Positions 18,375 through 29,400 of a stretch of 64,000 nt of DNA are shown here, piece after piece. Source of the stretch: an uncultured bacterium. GTDB lineage: Bacteria > Omnitrophota > Omnitrophia > Omnitrophales > Abzuiibacteriaceae. Every line of letters begins with the position of its first letter. Within the stretch, counting starts at the first letter, position 1. Where the stretch lies: contig CAYLXA010000008.1 of NCBI GenBank assembly GCA_964387845.1, positions 44,270-108,269 on the forward strand, in the 5' to 3' direction. The notes under the pieces were generated by a model. The model was not told the origin of the DNA, made no database searches, and saw only the letters and a program-made list of their open reading frames with translations. Made by a program: the position numbers and the translations under genes.

Positions 18375-19585
18375 TGAAGCGGGCGTCATTCCGGATTTTA
18401 GTTGTTGAAGATAACCCTGACCACGCGCAGCTTGTCAAATCCACGATCGAAATGGCAAAAAAGGGCGCTTACGAAGTCCAGGTTGCGGCGAGCGTTGAAG
18501 AAGCGGTTGAAATTCTGGGGCGCGATAGTTTCAGTTTAATCATGTCCGATTTTAATTTGCCGGGTAAAAGCGGGCTTCATTTGCTTGAATGGCTGAACGA
18601 AAAAGGCAGCACGGCGCCTTTTATCATGTTGACCGGTTCCGGGGATGAAAAAATTGCAGTCAAAGCGATGCAGGAAGGTGCATACAATTATGTGGTGAAA
18701 GACGAATCCTACCTGCAGGTTGTGCCGCATGTGATTGATGAGGCGCTCCTTAAGTATTTAGCCAACCAGGAAAAAGAGCATCTCGAAAAGGAAATCCGTG
18801 AGAAAAATATTGCGCTCGACCAGGCCAACCGCAAACTCAGGAAGCTTGATGAATTAAAATCCAATTTTACGGCGTCGGTGAGCCACGAAATCAGGACGCC
18901 GCTTAATTCGGTCCGCGAAAGTTTGACGCTTCTTTTAGACGGCGTTGCCGATCCCAAAACGGAACGCGGGCAGCGCGTGCTTGAAATTGCGCGGCGCAAT
19001 ATTGACCGTTTGACGTCTATGATTAATGATTTGCTTGATTTTTCAAAAATCGAGGCCGGAAAATTGCAGGTCCATTTGGCGGACTGCAATTTAGAAACAC
19101 TGCTTGACGAAGTTGTGACGGGTTTTCAAGGGCTCGCCCAATCCAAAAAAATCAAGCTGGTTTTTCAACCAAAAGAGAAAACACAGAACGTTTATGCCGA
19201 TGCCGAGCGCGTGATTCAAATCATCACAAATTTAGTCAATAATGCGGTTAAATTTACGGCGCCGGGCGGCACCATTACGGCTGACTATCGTTTGACCGAA
19301 AATGACATGGCGCAGGTTACCGTCACGGATTCGGGGCTCGGAATTCCGAAAGAGGATTTGGAACGTATTTTTGAACGTTTTGAACAATCTGAGCATTCAA
19401 ACCAAAATATTCCGAAAGGTACGCGCGGAACGGGCATCGGGCTTTCGATTTGCAGCGAGCTTATCAAGATGCATCATGGTAGGATTTGGGCGGATAGTGA
19501 ACTCGGCAAAGGAAGCAAGTTTCATTTTACGCTTCCGTTAACGCAGGCGGTATTTGAAAAAGCAGAAGGCGTCAAGCAGTCTTAA
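18371..19585 (+). CDS. Hybrid response-regulator/histidine kinase (N-terminal REC + HisKA + HATPase_c)
   Basis: REC: ILVVEDNPDH...IMSDFNLPGKSGL...MLTGSGDEK. Kinase: SVSHEIRTPLNSV, NLVNNAVKFT, DSGLGIP, GTGIGLSICS. ATGA overlap with the upstream receiver gene. Confidence 0.8.
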   Translation: MMKRASFRILVVEDNPDHAQLVKSTIEMAKKGAYEVQVAASVEEAVEILGRDSFSLIMSDFNLPGKSGLHLLEWLNEKGSTAPFIMLTGSGDEKIAVKAMQEGAYNYVVKDESYLQVVPHVIDEALLKYLANQEKEHLEKEIREKNIALDQANRKLRKLDELKSNFTASVSHEIRTPLNSVRESLTLLLDGVADPKTERGQRVLEIARRNIDRLTSMINDLLDFSKIEAGKLQVHLADCNLETLLDEVVTGFQGLAQSKKIKLVFQPKEKTQNVYADAERVIQIITNLVNNAVKFTAPGGTITADYRLTENDMAQVTVTDSGLGIPKEDLERIFERFEQSEHSNQNIPKGTRGTGIGLSICSELIKMHHGRIWADSELGKGSKFHFTLPLTQAVFEKAEGVKQS

Positions 19586-19599
19586 CGAGGAGAGGCGAG

Positions 19600-20001
19600 A
19601 TGAAGCGAAAATTGCTGTTGGTGGATGACGACAGGGAGTTTGCGGAACTATTCCGGAAGCGCGCTGAAGGGTCCGATTGGCAGATGGTTTGGCTGAACGA
19701 CGGTACGGACGCGGTCAAGATTGCCAAAGCCGAAAAGCCGGACGTCATTATTCTGGACGTTTTTTTGCCGGAAATGGACGGCTTTACGACTTTGAAGAGC
19801 CTTAAAATGAAAGTGGACCCAGAAACCAAAACACCTTCAGCAGTTTGCGATATTCCGGTCGTGGTCATGACCGGCAAAGCGCCGATGATGGAAGATATGG
19901 TCCGGTTTGAAGGAGCAGTCGATTTTTTTACGAAGCCGGTCGACGGCGCTTCGCTTCTCAAGCGCATCAACGAGATTGTGGAGAAGAAACAAAAAGCATA
20001 A
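19600..20001 (+). CDS. Single-domain response regulator (REC only)
   Basis: LLLVDDDREFAELF...VIILDVFLPEMDGF...VVVMTGKA...FFTKP. Confidence 0.75.
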   Translation: MKRKLLLVDDDREFAELFRKRAEGSDWQMVWLNDGTDAVKIAKAEKPDVIILDVFLPEMDGFTTLKSLKMKVDPETKTPSAVCDIPVVVMTGKAPMMEDMVRFEGAVDFFTKPVDGASLLKRINEIVEKKQKA

Positions 20002-20006
20002 CGCCG

Positions 20007-20396
20007 ATGAAACGCGTTCTCATTATCGATGACGACAAAGATTATGCCGATCTTCTGATGATCCGGCTGAACCAAGCCGGTTACGAAGCCGAATGGTTCA
20101 ACGGATGTGAAGCTGCGACACAACGCCTCGATAAGAGCATGGATTTTGATGTGGTTGTCTTGGATGTTGAAATGCCGGAGAAAAACGGCATGGCCACTCT
20201 CGCTTACCTCAAAAATCATTTCAAAGCCCGAGGATTTAACAAATTCCCCATTCCCGTCATTGTCGCAACCGGCCTTCAAAGCCAGGAGCTCCGCGAAATT
20301 TTCCTCGATCAAGACGTCGCCGATTACATTCAGAAACCCTTCGATTCCTCCGTCCTCACCAAGAAAATCGAAAACATCCTCTCCAAAAATAAATAA
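20007..20396 (+). CDS. Single-domain response regulator (REC only)
   Basis: VLIIDDDKDYADLL...VVVLDVEMPEKNGM...VIVATGL...YIQKP. Confidence 0.75.
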   Translation: MKRVLIIDDDKDYADLLMIRLNQAGYEAEWFNGCEAATQRLDKSMDFDVVVLDVEMPEKNGMATLAYLKNHFKARGFNKFPIPVIVATGLQSQELREIFLDQDVADYIQKPFDSSVLTKKIENILSKNK

Positions 20397-20409
20397 GTAA
20401 GTAAGCACC

Positions 20410-20660
20410 CAAGGAGAGTGTTCCGTCGGCGCCGGCGTTCATTCGCTCCAGTCCCAATTGTCATCAAAGCCTTAAAGCGCTTATTTATAGGTGAATTGGG
20501 GCTGCCCTCACCTTCAAAGAAAATACAATGTAGGTGATGGGCTGCAGTGAATGCCGCCTGCCGCTCACTCATTGAACCCGCGCCACTTTGCTTCACGAAG
20601 TAAAGTGGCGGGGACCAAGCTTCAACGAGCTCCGAGAGCCGCCTTTGGAACACTCTCCTT
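20410..20660. other. Structured ~250-nt intergenic element bounded by perfect 16-bp terminal inverted repeats (MITE-like element or novel structured RNA)
   Basis: CCAAGGAGAGTGTTCC at 20410-20425 pairs exactly with GGAACACTCTCCTTGG at 20645-20660. The interior holds several nested hairpins (for example CGCCACTTT-GCTTCACGAAG-TAAAGTGGCG, GGCGCCGGCG) and a direct repeat AGGTGA..GGGCTGC x2. It is higher in GC than its flanks, has no convincing ORF, and did not match the rRNA/tRNA/RNase P/tmRNA/SRP signatures I could recall. Confidence 0.35.
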
Positions 20661-20882
20661 GGATGCAGAAGGGCGGGAGTGAGCCGAGATGTTCTCCGGA
20701 GCGCCATTATTCGGAAAGATTGAAGGGCTCAATCTTTCCGAATAGGCTGAGCACGGCAATTTTTGCTTAGGCAATACGCCTAAAAATTGCCGCGCGGAGG
20801 AAAGCGTAAGAGAAGCGTCTCGGCGAATGACCTCATATTTATTCTTGAAGCAGTGCGTGTTTCATGCTTCAATAGCGGTCTC

Positions 20883-21221
20883 ATGAGCATTCAGGAATTC
20901 CCCGAAATAGAAACATTTCATAAGCTTCCGCGCAAAGTCATCGTCAAAGGCGGAAGTTCCGGCTTCTCCGCGCAAGGCAAACCTGAGCTTCGCGGTATCG
21001 TTATCAACAATATCGGCCATACCGTCAAGGAAGTCCGTGTATCGCTCATTATTTTCAACCAGGATGAAATTCCGGTTTTAAACACGAGCATATCCGCGGA
21101 CCCCGAAATTCTGCAGCAGGGCGGTATCGGCTCGTTTACATTTACTTTGGATGATTACGGCAAAGAAATTACCAACTACTACCTCTATGCCAACTGGAAG
21201 TACGACGACTCAAACTGGTAA
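20883..21221 (+). CDS. Hypothetical protein (112 aa)
   Basis: ORF in coding-like sequence between the structured element and acs. I recognised no family. The ORF opens at 20787, and ATG 20883 is chosen as the start. Its 3' end overlaps the putative acs start by about 35 nt. Confidence 0.35.
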   Translation: MSIQEFPEIETFHKLPRKVIVKGGSSGFSAQGKPELRGIVINNIGHTVKEVRVSLIIFNQDEIPVLNTSISADPEILQQGGIGSFTFTLDDYGKEITNYYLYANWKYDDSNW

Positions 21222-23193
21222 ATCTAAAAAATCCGAAACGATTGATTCGCTTCTTTCGGAAACACGCAAGTTCAAGCCTTCCGTTTCTTTTCAAAAATCC
21301 GCCTGGGTCAAAAGTTCTTCAATCTATAAAACCGCCGGGAAAAATTCTCAGAAATTTTGGGAATCGTTTGCCCGAGAACTGGCGTGGTTTAAGCCCTGGA
21401 AAAAAACGCTCGAATGGAATCCGCCGTATGCGAAATGGTTTATCGGTGGAAAGATTAACGTGAGCTTCAATTGCGTCGACCGGTGGGCGCAGTCCAATGC
21501 ACGCAATAAAGCCGCGATCATTTGGGAGGGCGAACCGGGCGATGAGCGGACCCTTACGTATTGGGATTTGTATAGGGAAGTTTCAAAATTTGCGAACGCT
21601 CTGAAATCACTTGGTGTTCGCAAAGGTGACCGGGTGGCGATTTATATGCCGCTTGTGCCCGAAGCCGCGATCGCAATGCTGGCTTGTACGCGGATTGGTG
21701 CGGTTCACAGCGTTGTTTTCGGCGGATTCAGTGCCGAAGCACTTCGCGACCGGATCAATGATGCCGAAGCGAAAGTTTTAATTACTGCTGACGGCGGATG
21801 GCGCCGGGGCGGGGTGATTCCGCTCAAGAAATTTGCAGATGAAGCGTTGAAGGCTACGCCGAGCATCAAGCATGTTGTGATTTTAAAGCGCACGGGCACG
21901 GAAATTCATGTACAGGAAGGCCGCGATCATTGGTGGCACCGTTTGATGCAGGATGCGAAATCAGATTGCAAACCCGAGGCGATGGATTCTGAAGATATGC
22001 TCTTTACACTTTACACATCCGGCACAACGGGAAAGCCGAAAGGAATTGTTCATACAACCGGCGGCTATTTGACCGGAACTTACGCAACAACCAAATGGGT
22101 TTTTGATTTAAAGCCGGAAGATGTTTATTGGTGCACAGCCGATGTCGGCTGGATCACGGGGCACAGTTACCTGGTTTACGGCCCGCTTGCTAACGGCGCA
22201 ACGGTTGTGATGTACGAAGGAAGCCCCGATTGGCCCGAAAAGGAACGTTTCTGGCGCATTATCGAAAAATACGGCGTCACGATCTTTTACACGGCCCCAA
22301 CCGCGATTCGTACTTTTATGAAATGGGGCACGGAATTTCCGGAGCGCTGCAATTTATCATCGCTCCGCCTTCTCGGAAGTGTCGGTGAGCCGATCAATCC
22401 CGAAGCGTGGATGTGGTATCACAAATATATCGGCCGCGGCAAATGTCCGATTGTCGATACCTGGTGGCAAACGGAAACGGGCGCCATCATGATTACACCG
22501 CTTGCGGGTGTCACGACACTCCGGCCCGGGTCAGCATCACGGCCTTTTCCTGGAGTTGAAGCAAAAGTGATGAATGAAGCAGGCGAAGAAGTCAAAATCG
22601 GTGGCGGTTATTTGGCGCTCACCAAACCTTGGCCGTCCATGCTGCGCGGTATTTTTAATGATCCGGAACGTTACGAAAAACAATACTGGTCCAAGTGGCC
22701 TCATCTCATTGGCACCAAGAAAAACGTTTACTTTACGGGCGATGGCTGCAAAATCGACAAAGACGGTAATTATTGGCTGCTCGGACGCGTCGACGATGTG
22801 ATGAATGTTTCGGGCCACCGGATTTCCACAATGGAAGTTGAAAGCGCGCTTGTCGATCATCCGGCGGTTGCCGAATCGGCGGTCGTGAGCAAGCCGCATG
22901 ACGTGAAAGGCGAGGGAATCGCCGCATTTGTGACGATCAAGGAAGGATTTTCTGCCAGTAAAGAATTAGTCAACGAACTAAAAGAGCATGTTGTCAAAAA
23001 AATCGGTTCACTCGCGCGCCCCGAAGATATTATTTTCTCAGCCGACCTCCCCAAAACCCGCTCCGGCAAAATCATGCGCCGGCTCCTCAAAGATATAGCA
23101 GCCGGGAAAGTCCTGGGCGATACGACCACGCTCGCCGATCCTGGTGTTGTGGAGCGGCTTAAGCAATCCTACGCCGAAGATGCCGAATCTTAG
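21187..23193 (+). CDS. acs: Acetyl-coenzyme A synthetase (AMP-forming)
   Basis: [43 protein letters not shown] (AMP-binding P-loop), [29 protein letters not shown]-terminal [13 protein letters not shown]. Start ambiguous (21151 or 21187). Confidence 0.9.
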   Translation: MPTGSTTTQTGKSKKSETIDSLLSETRKFKPSVSFQKSAWVKSSSIYKTAGKNSQKFWESFARELAWFKPWKKTLEWNPPYAKWFIGGKINVSFNCVDRWAQSNARNKAAIIWEGEPGDERTLTYWDLYREVSKFANALKSLGVRKGDRVAIYMPLVPEAAIAMLACTRIGAVHSVVFGGFSAEALRDRINDAEAKVLITADGGWRRGGVIPLKKFADEALKATPSIKHVVILKRTGTEIHVQEGRDHWWHRLMQDAKSDCKPEAMDSEDMLFTLYTSGTTGKPKGIVHTTGGYLTGTYATTKWVFDLKPEDVYWCTADVGWITGHSYLVYGPLANGATVVMYEGSPDWPEKERFWRIIEKYGVTIFYTAPTAIRTFMKWGTEFPERCNLSSLRLLGSVGEPINPEAWMWYHKYIGRGKCPIVDTWWQTETGAIMITPLAGVTTLRPGSASRPFPGVEAKVMNEAGEEVKIGGGYLALTKPWPSMLRGIFNDPERYEKQYWSKWPHLIGTKKNVYFTGDGCKIDKDGNYWLLGRVDDVMNVSGHRISTMEVESALVDHPAVAESAVVSKPHDVKGEGIAAFVTIKEGFSASKELVNELKEHVVKKIGSLARPEDIIFSADLPKTRSGKIMRRLLKDIAAGKVLGDTTTLADPGVVERLKQSYAEDAES

Positions 23194-23211
23194 GGCTGTA
23201 ACACGTAAAGT

Positions 23212-23300
23212 AGGGTCAAGGGTCACGTAGCAAGGGGCAAGGTAAGAATAACAATTTCATTTGCGCCTTGACCTATGACCCTTAGCACTTGACCCTATGG
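23212..23300. promoter_or_regulatory. Cluster of direct and inverted TGACCC/GGGTCA hexamers in the acs / giant-gene intergenic region
   Basis: AGGGTCAAGGGTCAC (23212-23226) and CCTTGACCTATGACCCTTAGCACTTGACCCTATGG (23266-23300). This gives five or more copies of the hexamer in both orientations over about 90 bp. It is a candidate transcription-factor operator or terminator region. Confidence 0.3.
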
Positions 23301-23378
23301 TTTGCCTTCCAAAATCTCCTAATATTATTACTAATAAGTCATAATTAATAACATTTATAACATTTTTAAGTCCTGATA

Positions 23379-23407
23379 TTGAGTTTTATCAGTTTTCGAG
23401 ATATAAT
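23379..23407 (+). promoter_or_regulatory. Putative sigma70-type promoter of the giant gene
   Basis: TTGAGT (23379-23384), 17 nt spacer, TATAAT (23402-23407), about 40 nt upstream of the GTG start. An 8-bp inverted repeat CGAGATA...TATCTCG overlaps the -10 and start region. Confidence 0.4.
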
Positions 23408-23446
23408 TTACCCAATCTTTATCTCGAAAGGATTTCAAGCTCCCCA

Positions 23447-26400
23447 GTGCGCAAAAAGCCATTTTTCATCAAAGCAATTGCCCTAGCGCTTTGCTTTACT
23501 TTTATCGCTACCGATACCATCGCTTATTCCGACGCAGCTCAGACATCTCCGCAACTGGCGGAGATGCTGAAGCAGTCCTCGAACTGGTTGAGTTTGAGGG
23601 CCGCTACCATTTCGGGACTTTTCCGCAACGCCGCACCTTCTGTTTCCGGTACGCGTTTACCTGCCGCAGCTCCCAAGTTCGCCCGTTACTTGTCAGAACT
23701 TCGAAATGAAGCCAATGAAAAACCGGTTACGGCTGACTACATATCCGCTCAAACAATTCAGAATCAAAAAACCAATGAAATTACGCCTCCGCCTCAATCT
23801 GAATTACGCCAAGAGAAGCCCAGATTTAAATCGCGGCACAGCTTTTTTAACCATGCCATACAGTTAAGCCGCAACTTATTCAAGCTTTCAGAGTGGAAAC
23901 ACCGGATTTTGAGATTGTCCAGCAGCTTCGGAAACCTTCCAGATGACATTCTGTTTCTAGTTACAACTCTTCCCATATTGATCGGAATATTGATAGTGGA
24001 TGCTCTTGATAATTTTCATGATAACCCCAAAACAAACGCAAGAATATGGTTCTGGGTTGTTACGAGTTCAGCGGTGTGGCTCTTCTCAGTGTTAACTGCC
24101 AATGTTGTTTTATTCAGATTTCAGAAACCTGCAAAAAGAAAATTGCCGGCAAAATCTGATCAGAAAGTTCAACGATCTGAATTGCGCGGCCATTCGGGCG
24201 TAGGGAGTTATGTCATTGGCGATTTGGAATTTAATAAAGGTGATCCAACCGGCTTTGAATTGATTAAACGGTTGATCGGAGAAGTAAGAGCAGGTCTTTT
24301 AACCGGCGAACTTCAAAAAGCCGGCTTGGATCAAGATTCTATTTCACATATATTCCGGCTTGCTTCTTCGCCTAGTAAAAGTGCGCGCGAGCCAATTGGT
24401 TTCAAATACAGTGAAGCGGCCGGTCAGTTTGAGCTGATTAAAAATGATTTGCGCACCTATCTTCATCAGCTTCAGAAAACACAAAATCATGATCACGAAA
24501 TCAATGTTTATGCGCTTGGGTTAGGCAATCTTCCGGTTGAAGCAGAGGAAGTCATCAAGTTGTTTCTGAACGTCATGGAAGAGGAGCTTGGCGAAGCAGC
24601 CAAAAATTGGTCTTTTAATTTTATCGGAATTGATTTTCAAGACGAACCCATCAAAGTCGCGCGAAAATACTTTGCAGAAGATATGGCTTCTCTAAAAGAA
24701 AAAGGATTCCGGAAAGTCACTTTACAAGCTGTGAAGGCAAACGCACTGTCATCTTCAGAGCTGACGCGGGTATTTGAAGAAACGGGTGGCTCTAAGAAAG
24801 CAGACTATTTATTTCATCGGCATGTGATGTATGTAAACCGTGCTTCAAGTTGGTTAAATCAGCTTCGAGGCCTCACTCCTATCACGATGTTACGGCCTGT
24901 GCTTGCTGACGCGTTGGAGTCGTACCTTCAATCACAGAATTTGATCGGCGCATTTACAAAAACAGGTACACGTTATGTTATTGAACCTCTCGCCAGCTCA
25001 GACCCAAGCATACGGGAAGTTGTCATTCCGGGATCCAGCGTTTTGCCGCAGGAAAATGGCGCAGCCGGCAGCGGGATTTATATTGTGAATGACCCCGCCG
25101 TTTTTACAGCAACCGGCTTCATTCAATATCTCCAGGATCAGCTTGGAGAAAATTTCTCCATCTCCGGCCCTCTTCGGGTCGATCGGACTGGAGGCCGGGG
25201 AGAGCTGCGCCGGGCTTCGAATTTTCATTTTGTAAACACAGTACGCAGAGTGTTGCGGCGGGAAATCGCCCAAATAGAAAAAGACAAGTGGCAAAACTGG
25301 GCAGTTGGTTTTGAGCCTGTGCAAGATGTTGCAAGCCACCTTGTCCGCGGTGCAAAGGGCGAGCTATGGATTCATTTGCACTTAACCTACCACGGACATG
25401 ATAAACGTGCTCGTTTCGCCGAAAATGGCGTCTATGACTTGGGATTGCTTTTCCGGATAACCGATCGAGAGAATCAATTAACTCTTGATGCCCCCATGAT
25501 TGAACCGCAAATAGGCCGGTCTGACTATTTTGCTTTTACACGCGCCGAAACGGTGCTTTCTTCCGAGCAGGCGGCCCGGCTTGTGAAGGAGGGAACGGAA
25601 TTTGTCAATTCGCACGCCGGTCCGATCCGCAGTGCAATGCGTCTTGCCAAGAAAAAACCGAGCTCAATTCATAATCTATTGGGCCGTGCAGTATCGCCCC
25701 GGCACGCACGAGGCCTTTACAACATGATGACATTAGGGCATGAGGAAAAGCGTGTGATTGACCGTACAAAAAGGCGCTCGGTTACTTATCGGTTTGTGGG
25801 CAGCCGGCGAAGCGAGCTGCGTCAAAAATCGGAATTAGATTCGGCCCGAGAGTTTGTGGCTCACGCTATCCAAACCGGCCAATTGAAATTAGATCTGTTT
25901 GATCGGGGAAGGGAGCCTGCAAAACAAATTCTTCAGGAAGTTTTAGCTGAAAATCAAAAGCGAAAAACGGATCATATTCAAGAAGTCGAAACCGCAAGGC
26001 ACAAAATAGCAACTTTCGAATCAAGGTTCAAAAAAATCCGTGATGAAATTGATTTTGACCCGTTTAAACCTCTGGCGCCGACGGAGCAGGAAAAAATCAT
26101 GGAATGGTGGGCTGATGACCTGTACATGATGGAATATGAAATCAGAAATTATTTAGCCGAAATTCAGTCGGGGCAGCATCCGTTTTCAGGAAACGAATTG
26201 GATCAAGTAGTGGATGCTTTAATAGCCGCTTACCGGTGGAGTATGGATGTTGTTGCTTTTTTTGAAAAACAAAAAGCAGAACTATTATTCTTTCGAAATC
26301 AAGAGACCACCGACAGCGAAGAGTCGGCCGATACCATGGCGGCACTTTCAGGCGCATTTTCAGTTTTAGCCGACATCAAATCTCCGCGCGGACAAATCCC

Positions 26401-29400
26401 GGAAAATGTTTTTTTTGCCATAGCTGCAACCAAGCGCCACAAAGCGAAAGAATTTTTACTTTCTGTTCTTCGTGAGATTGGTTTCGATAAAACAAAATCC
26501 GAAACCCAGAAAATCGTGAGAGGAAGGGCGCTTAATTATCTGTTTGCCCACTTTCACAGCTCGGAACTTGCAGCACTGGCCCGGCAGGCAATTGAAAATT
26601 TAGGCAGAGAGCAAAGATTTGATTACGATGGCTGGGCATTTGATAGCGCGTTCATGGAACTTTTGCCTTATCTCGGAGATGAGAATGTTAAAGCGTATAT
26701 TTTTAATTACTTAAAAGATGATTTTCAATTCGGAAAAGCTCTCGAAGCTGGGAACTGTTTGGAATACTTGCTGTTCGATTTAGAAACCGCGGAGGTCCCG
26801 GGTTGGTTTAAGGAGCGCTTGCAGATTTATTCGGAAAAAAATGCAGCGGCTATGGATGATTTTGGAATTACGGAAAATCAGGAAGCCTATTTAAATCGAA
26901 TTAAAAAATTAAATGATTTTCTAGCTCTAAAAGAAGCCGGAATCGGGCTGCCGTCTTATCAATTTTCAAAATACGTTTTTCGGCCTATTCATTCACAGGA
27001 TGAAATAGACACACTGCGCAAAATGAGCGGTTCATTTCCCGGACGACGCCCTGGTTGGAGCCCATGGGATATGACCGATTTTGTATTGGAAGATAGCAAG
27101 ACCCGTCAAATTGTCGGAGGCGGCATGATTTCGGAGCATGACTACGACACAGAAGCGCACCATATTCATCTTGTTGCTCTGAGTGACCAGCTGCAAGGCC
27201 GGGATAGGGCAGATGCGTTTGTGTTTATTCTCGCCGGCATGTTGCAATCCATGTCGCCAAAAATCAAAGGCCGGAAAGTTGTTTGGCGCACATGGGTAAA
27301 AGATATTCTGGAAAAGACACTCGCGCTTGATTTGGCGGGCGTTGATTTAGAACCTCTCATCAATCAAAACCCTGATGATGCACGCTCGGAATTGCTCAGT
27401 AAGCCTGAATCGCAGAATCCTATCCTCGAAATCAATCAAGATTGGCGAAACATTTTTGATGACAACGCAAAACCGCTGGTGGTGGATGTCGGGTTCGGAA
27501 ACGGAGAAACACTGCTTTACCGAGCACAGCACGAGCCGGACAAAAATTTCATCGGTATCGAACTTCCCGAAGAGCCGTATGCGGATATGCTGGCTGAAAG
27601 GATTCAAACAGTGGGAATCAAAAACCTAAAAGTCCTCAAAGTGGCTGATTTTGAGGCATTTCGCACTCAACTCAAATTCGGGAACCAAGCAATCGTTTCA
27701 GAGCTAACTTATTACGATCCGTTTCCGGATAGTCCTTATGTATTTAGAGAACATACCGCTGATTTACAGCAAATTTTAAAACCCGGCGCGCTCGTTAAAA
27801 TCATGGTTTTTGAACACGAATTTTGGCAAGAACTGTCCGGCATTTTTGAATCCAACGGATTTCAAACGCTAAATCCTGCCGACCATGTTTTTGAGGATAA
27901 TCATGATACGCAGGATTCAAATGAGGCATTTAGCACTCAACTGAAACTTATTTTCCGATGGCCCGGTCTATCATCAAATCGTTCCGAATTGCGCCAAGAC
28001 CTCAAAATTCAGACGATTCTAAACGATATTGCCCAAAGCAGATTGATTTCGGAGAATCAGCCGGAAACTCGGTCTTTTTTTAATAGAATTTCGGATCGGT
28101 TAAAACAAAAATCAGTTTCCCAAACTTTCTTTTTGACCGGATTGTTACTTTCATCTTATGTCTATATTTTATTCGAGCGCTGGCTTGCTGCCGAGCCGGT
28201 CGAATCGAATGCTCAAGAAATAGCTGCCGCCATTTTACTATTGGGCATTATTTCTACGATTTTTACCACGATCGTTAAGAGAATGAATAAGTCTAGTACA
28301 TCCTGGCGCTGGGATGTTATTAGCTTTTCGGAAAATCAAATCATAGAAGATGCATTGACTTTTCTGGACCCTCACAAACATCAATTAAATCCCAATGTGG
28401 ATATTATTGTTGAGAAAAGAAGCCACAGGTTTAAGCGTATTGCCATCGGATTTTTCAAAGAAAGTTTAAAAAATCTTGGCGCCGGTGCAATGTTTTTATT
28501 GATAGGAGGCTTTTTAGCTTGGAAAATTGGATACGGCCTTCTTGATTTGTACAAGCAAGACCTGCACGCTGCATTTAAAGTCCCTGTCTATGGCATATTC
28601 GGCGCGGGGCTGATTGTGTTTGGTTTTGTGGGCATGATGGGATTTACCGTGCTTTTTCTATCTCCGTTCATTGCTCTTATGCAGGCTTGGGATGGAGAGT
28701 TTTCAGATAAGGGAATCGAGGACCAAAGAATTTTTGTCCAGCACCAAGAATCCGAAGATGTTTTTTACGAGACGCTAGTTGAAGAATTAAATCACCGTTT
28801 CAAACTCCGCCGAGAGCCGCTTCCGGAGTTTCCAAAAACACTGGATGGTTTGCGGCTCGCCATGATACTCAAACGCTACGGCCTCCCCGGCAGTGAAATT
28901 GCGAATCGTTCCGCCTCCGGCCTCCTCCGGGTCTTGCGCCCTGAAGGGTCAGAGACCGCAGACCGTAACGCTCTCCGAGCCAACGGCTCGATGGAGCCGA
29001 GGGCACGGGGGGAACTTCGGCAGTCGGAACCTCGGAAGATGAGCAGGGCTGAGCTCGCCTCTTTATTCAGGGCGCAGCTACGCGAGGCGAATTTCATTGC
29101 ATCGATACCGGTGTTGATACAACACGTATGGAATGTAATCGCCAAATTAGCAAAGCCCCTCAACTTCCAGTTTCGCGAACTAGGCCTAACGCAAGAGCTC
29201 CTCCGTTTGCAGACAGGGTTTTGGATCACCCGATTTGGGCCTGAAGACCGGATGTGGTGGGGACTCCGCGACGGCATGAAGTTCGGAGATACCGTTAATT
29301 GGTGGGGGCCTAAACAAAAAAGACCGGAGCCCCTGGGTTTTCATACCGGGATTGATTTTGTGATGTATCAAAATTTTCAAAAGGCCTGGAAAACAATTCC

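Noticed and set aside
19572-20408. 278-aa ORF on the minus strand
   Set aside because: Fully antisense to two well-supported response-regulator genes. No recognisable family. Typical shadow ORF in GC-moderate coding DNA.
20410-20660. Possible cobalamin riboswitch or RNase P/tmRNA/SRP RNA
   Set aside because: Loose resemblance only (GGTGAATTGGGG…GCCACTTTG). The B12-box, RNase P P4 sequences (GGAAAGTCCGGGCTCC / ACAGAACCCGGCTTA), tmRNA tag region and SRP AGGAAGCAGCC motif are all absent, so the element is left unassigned.
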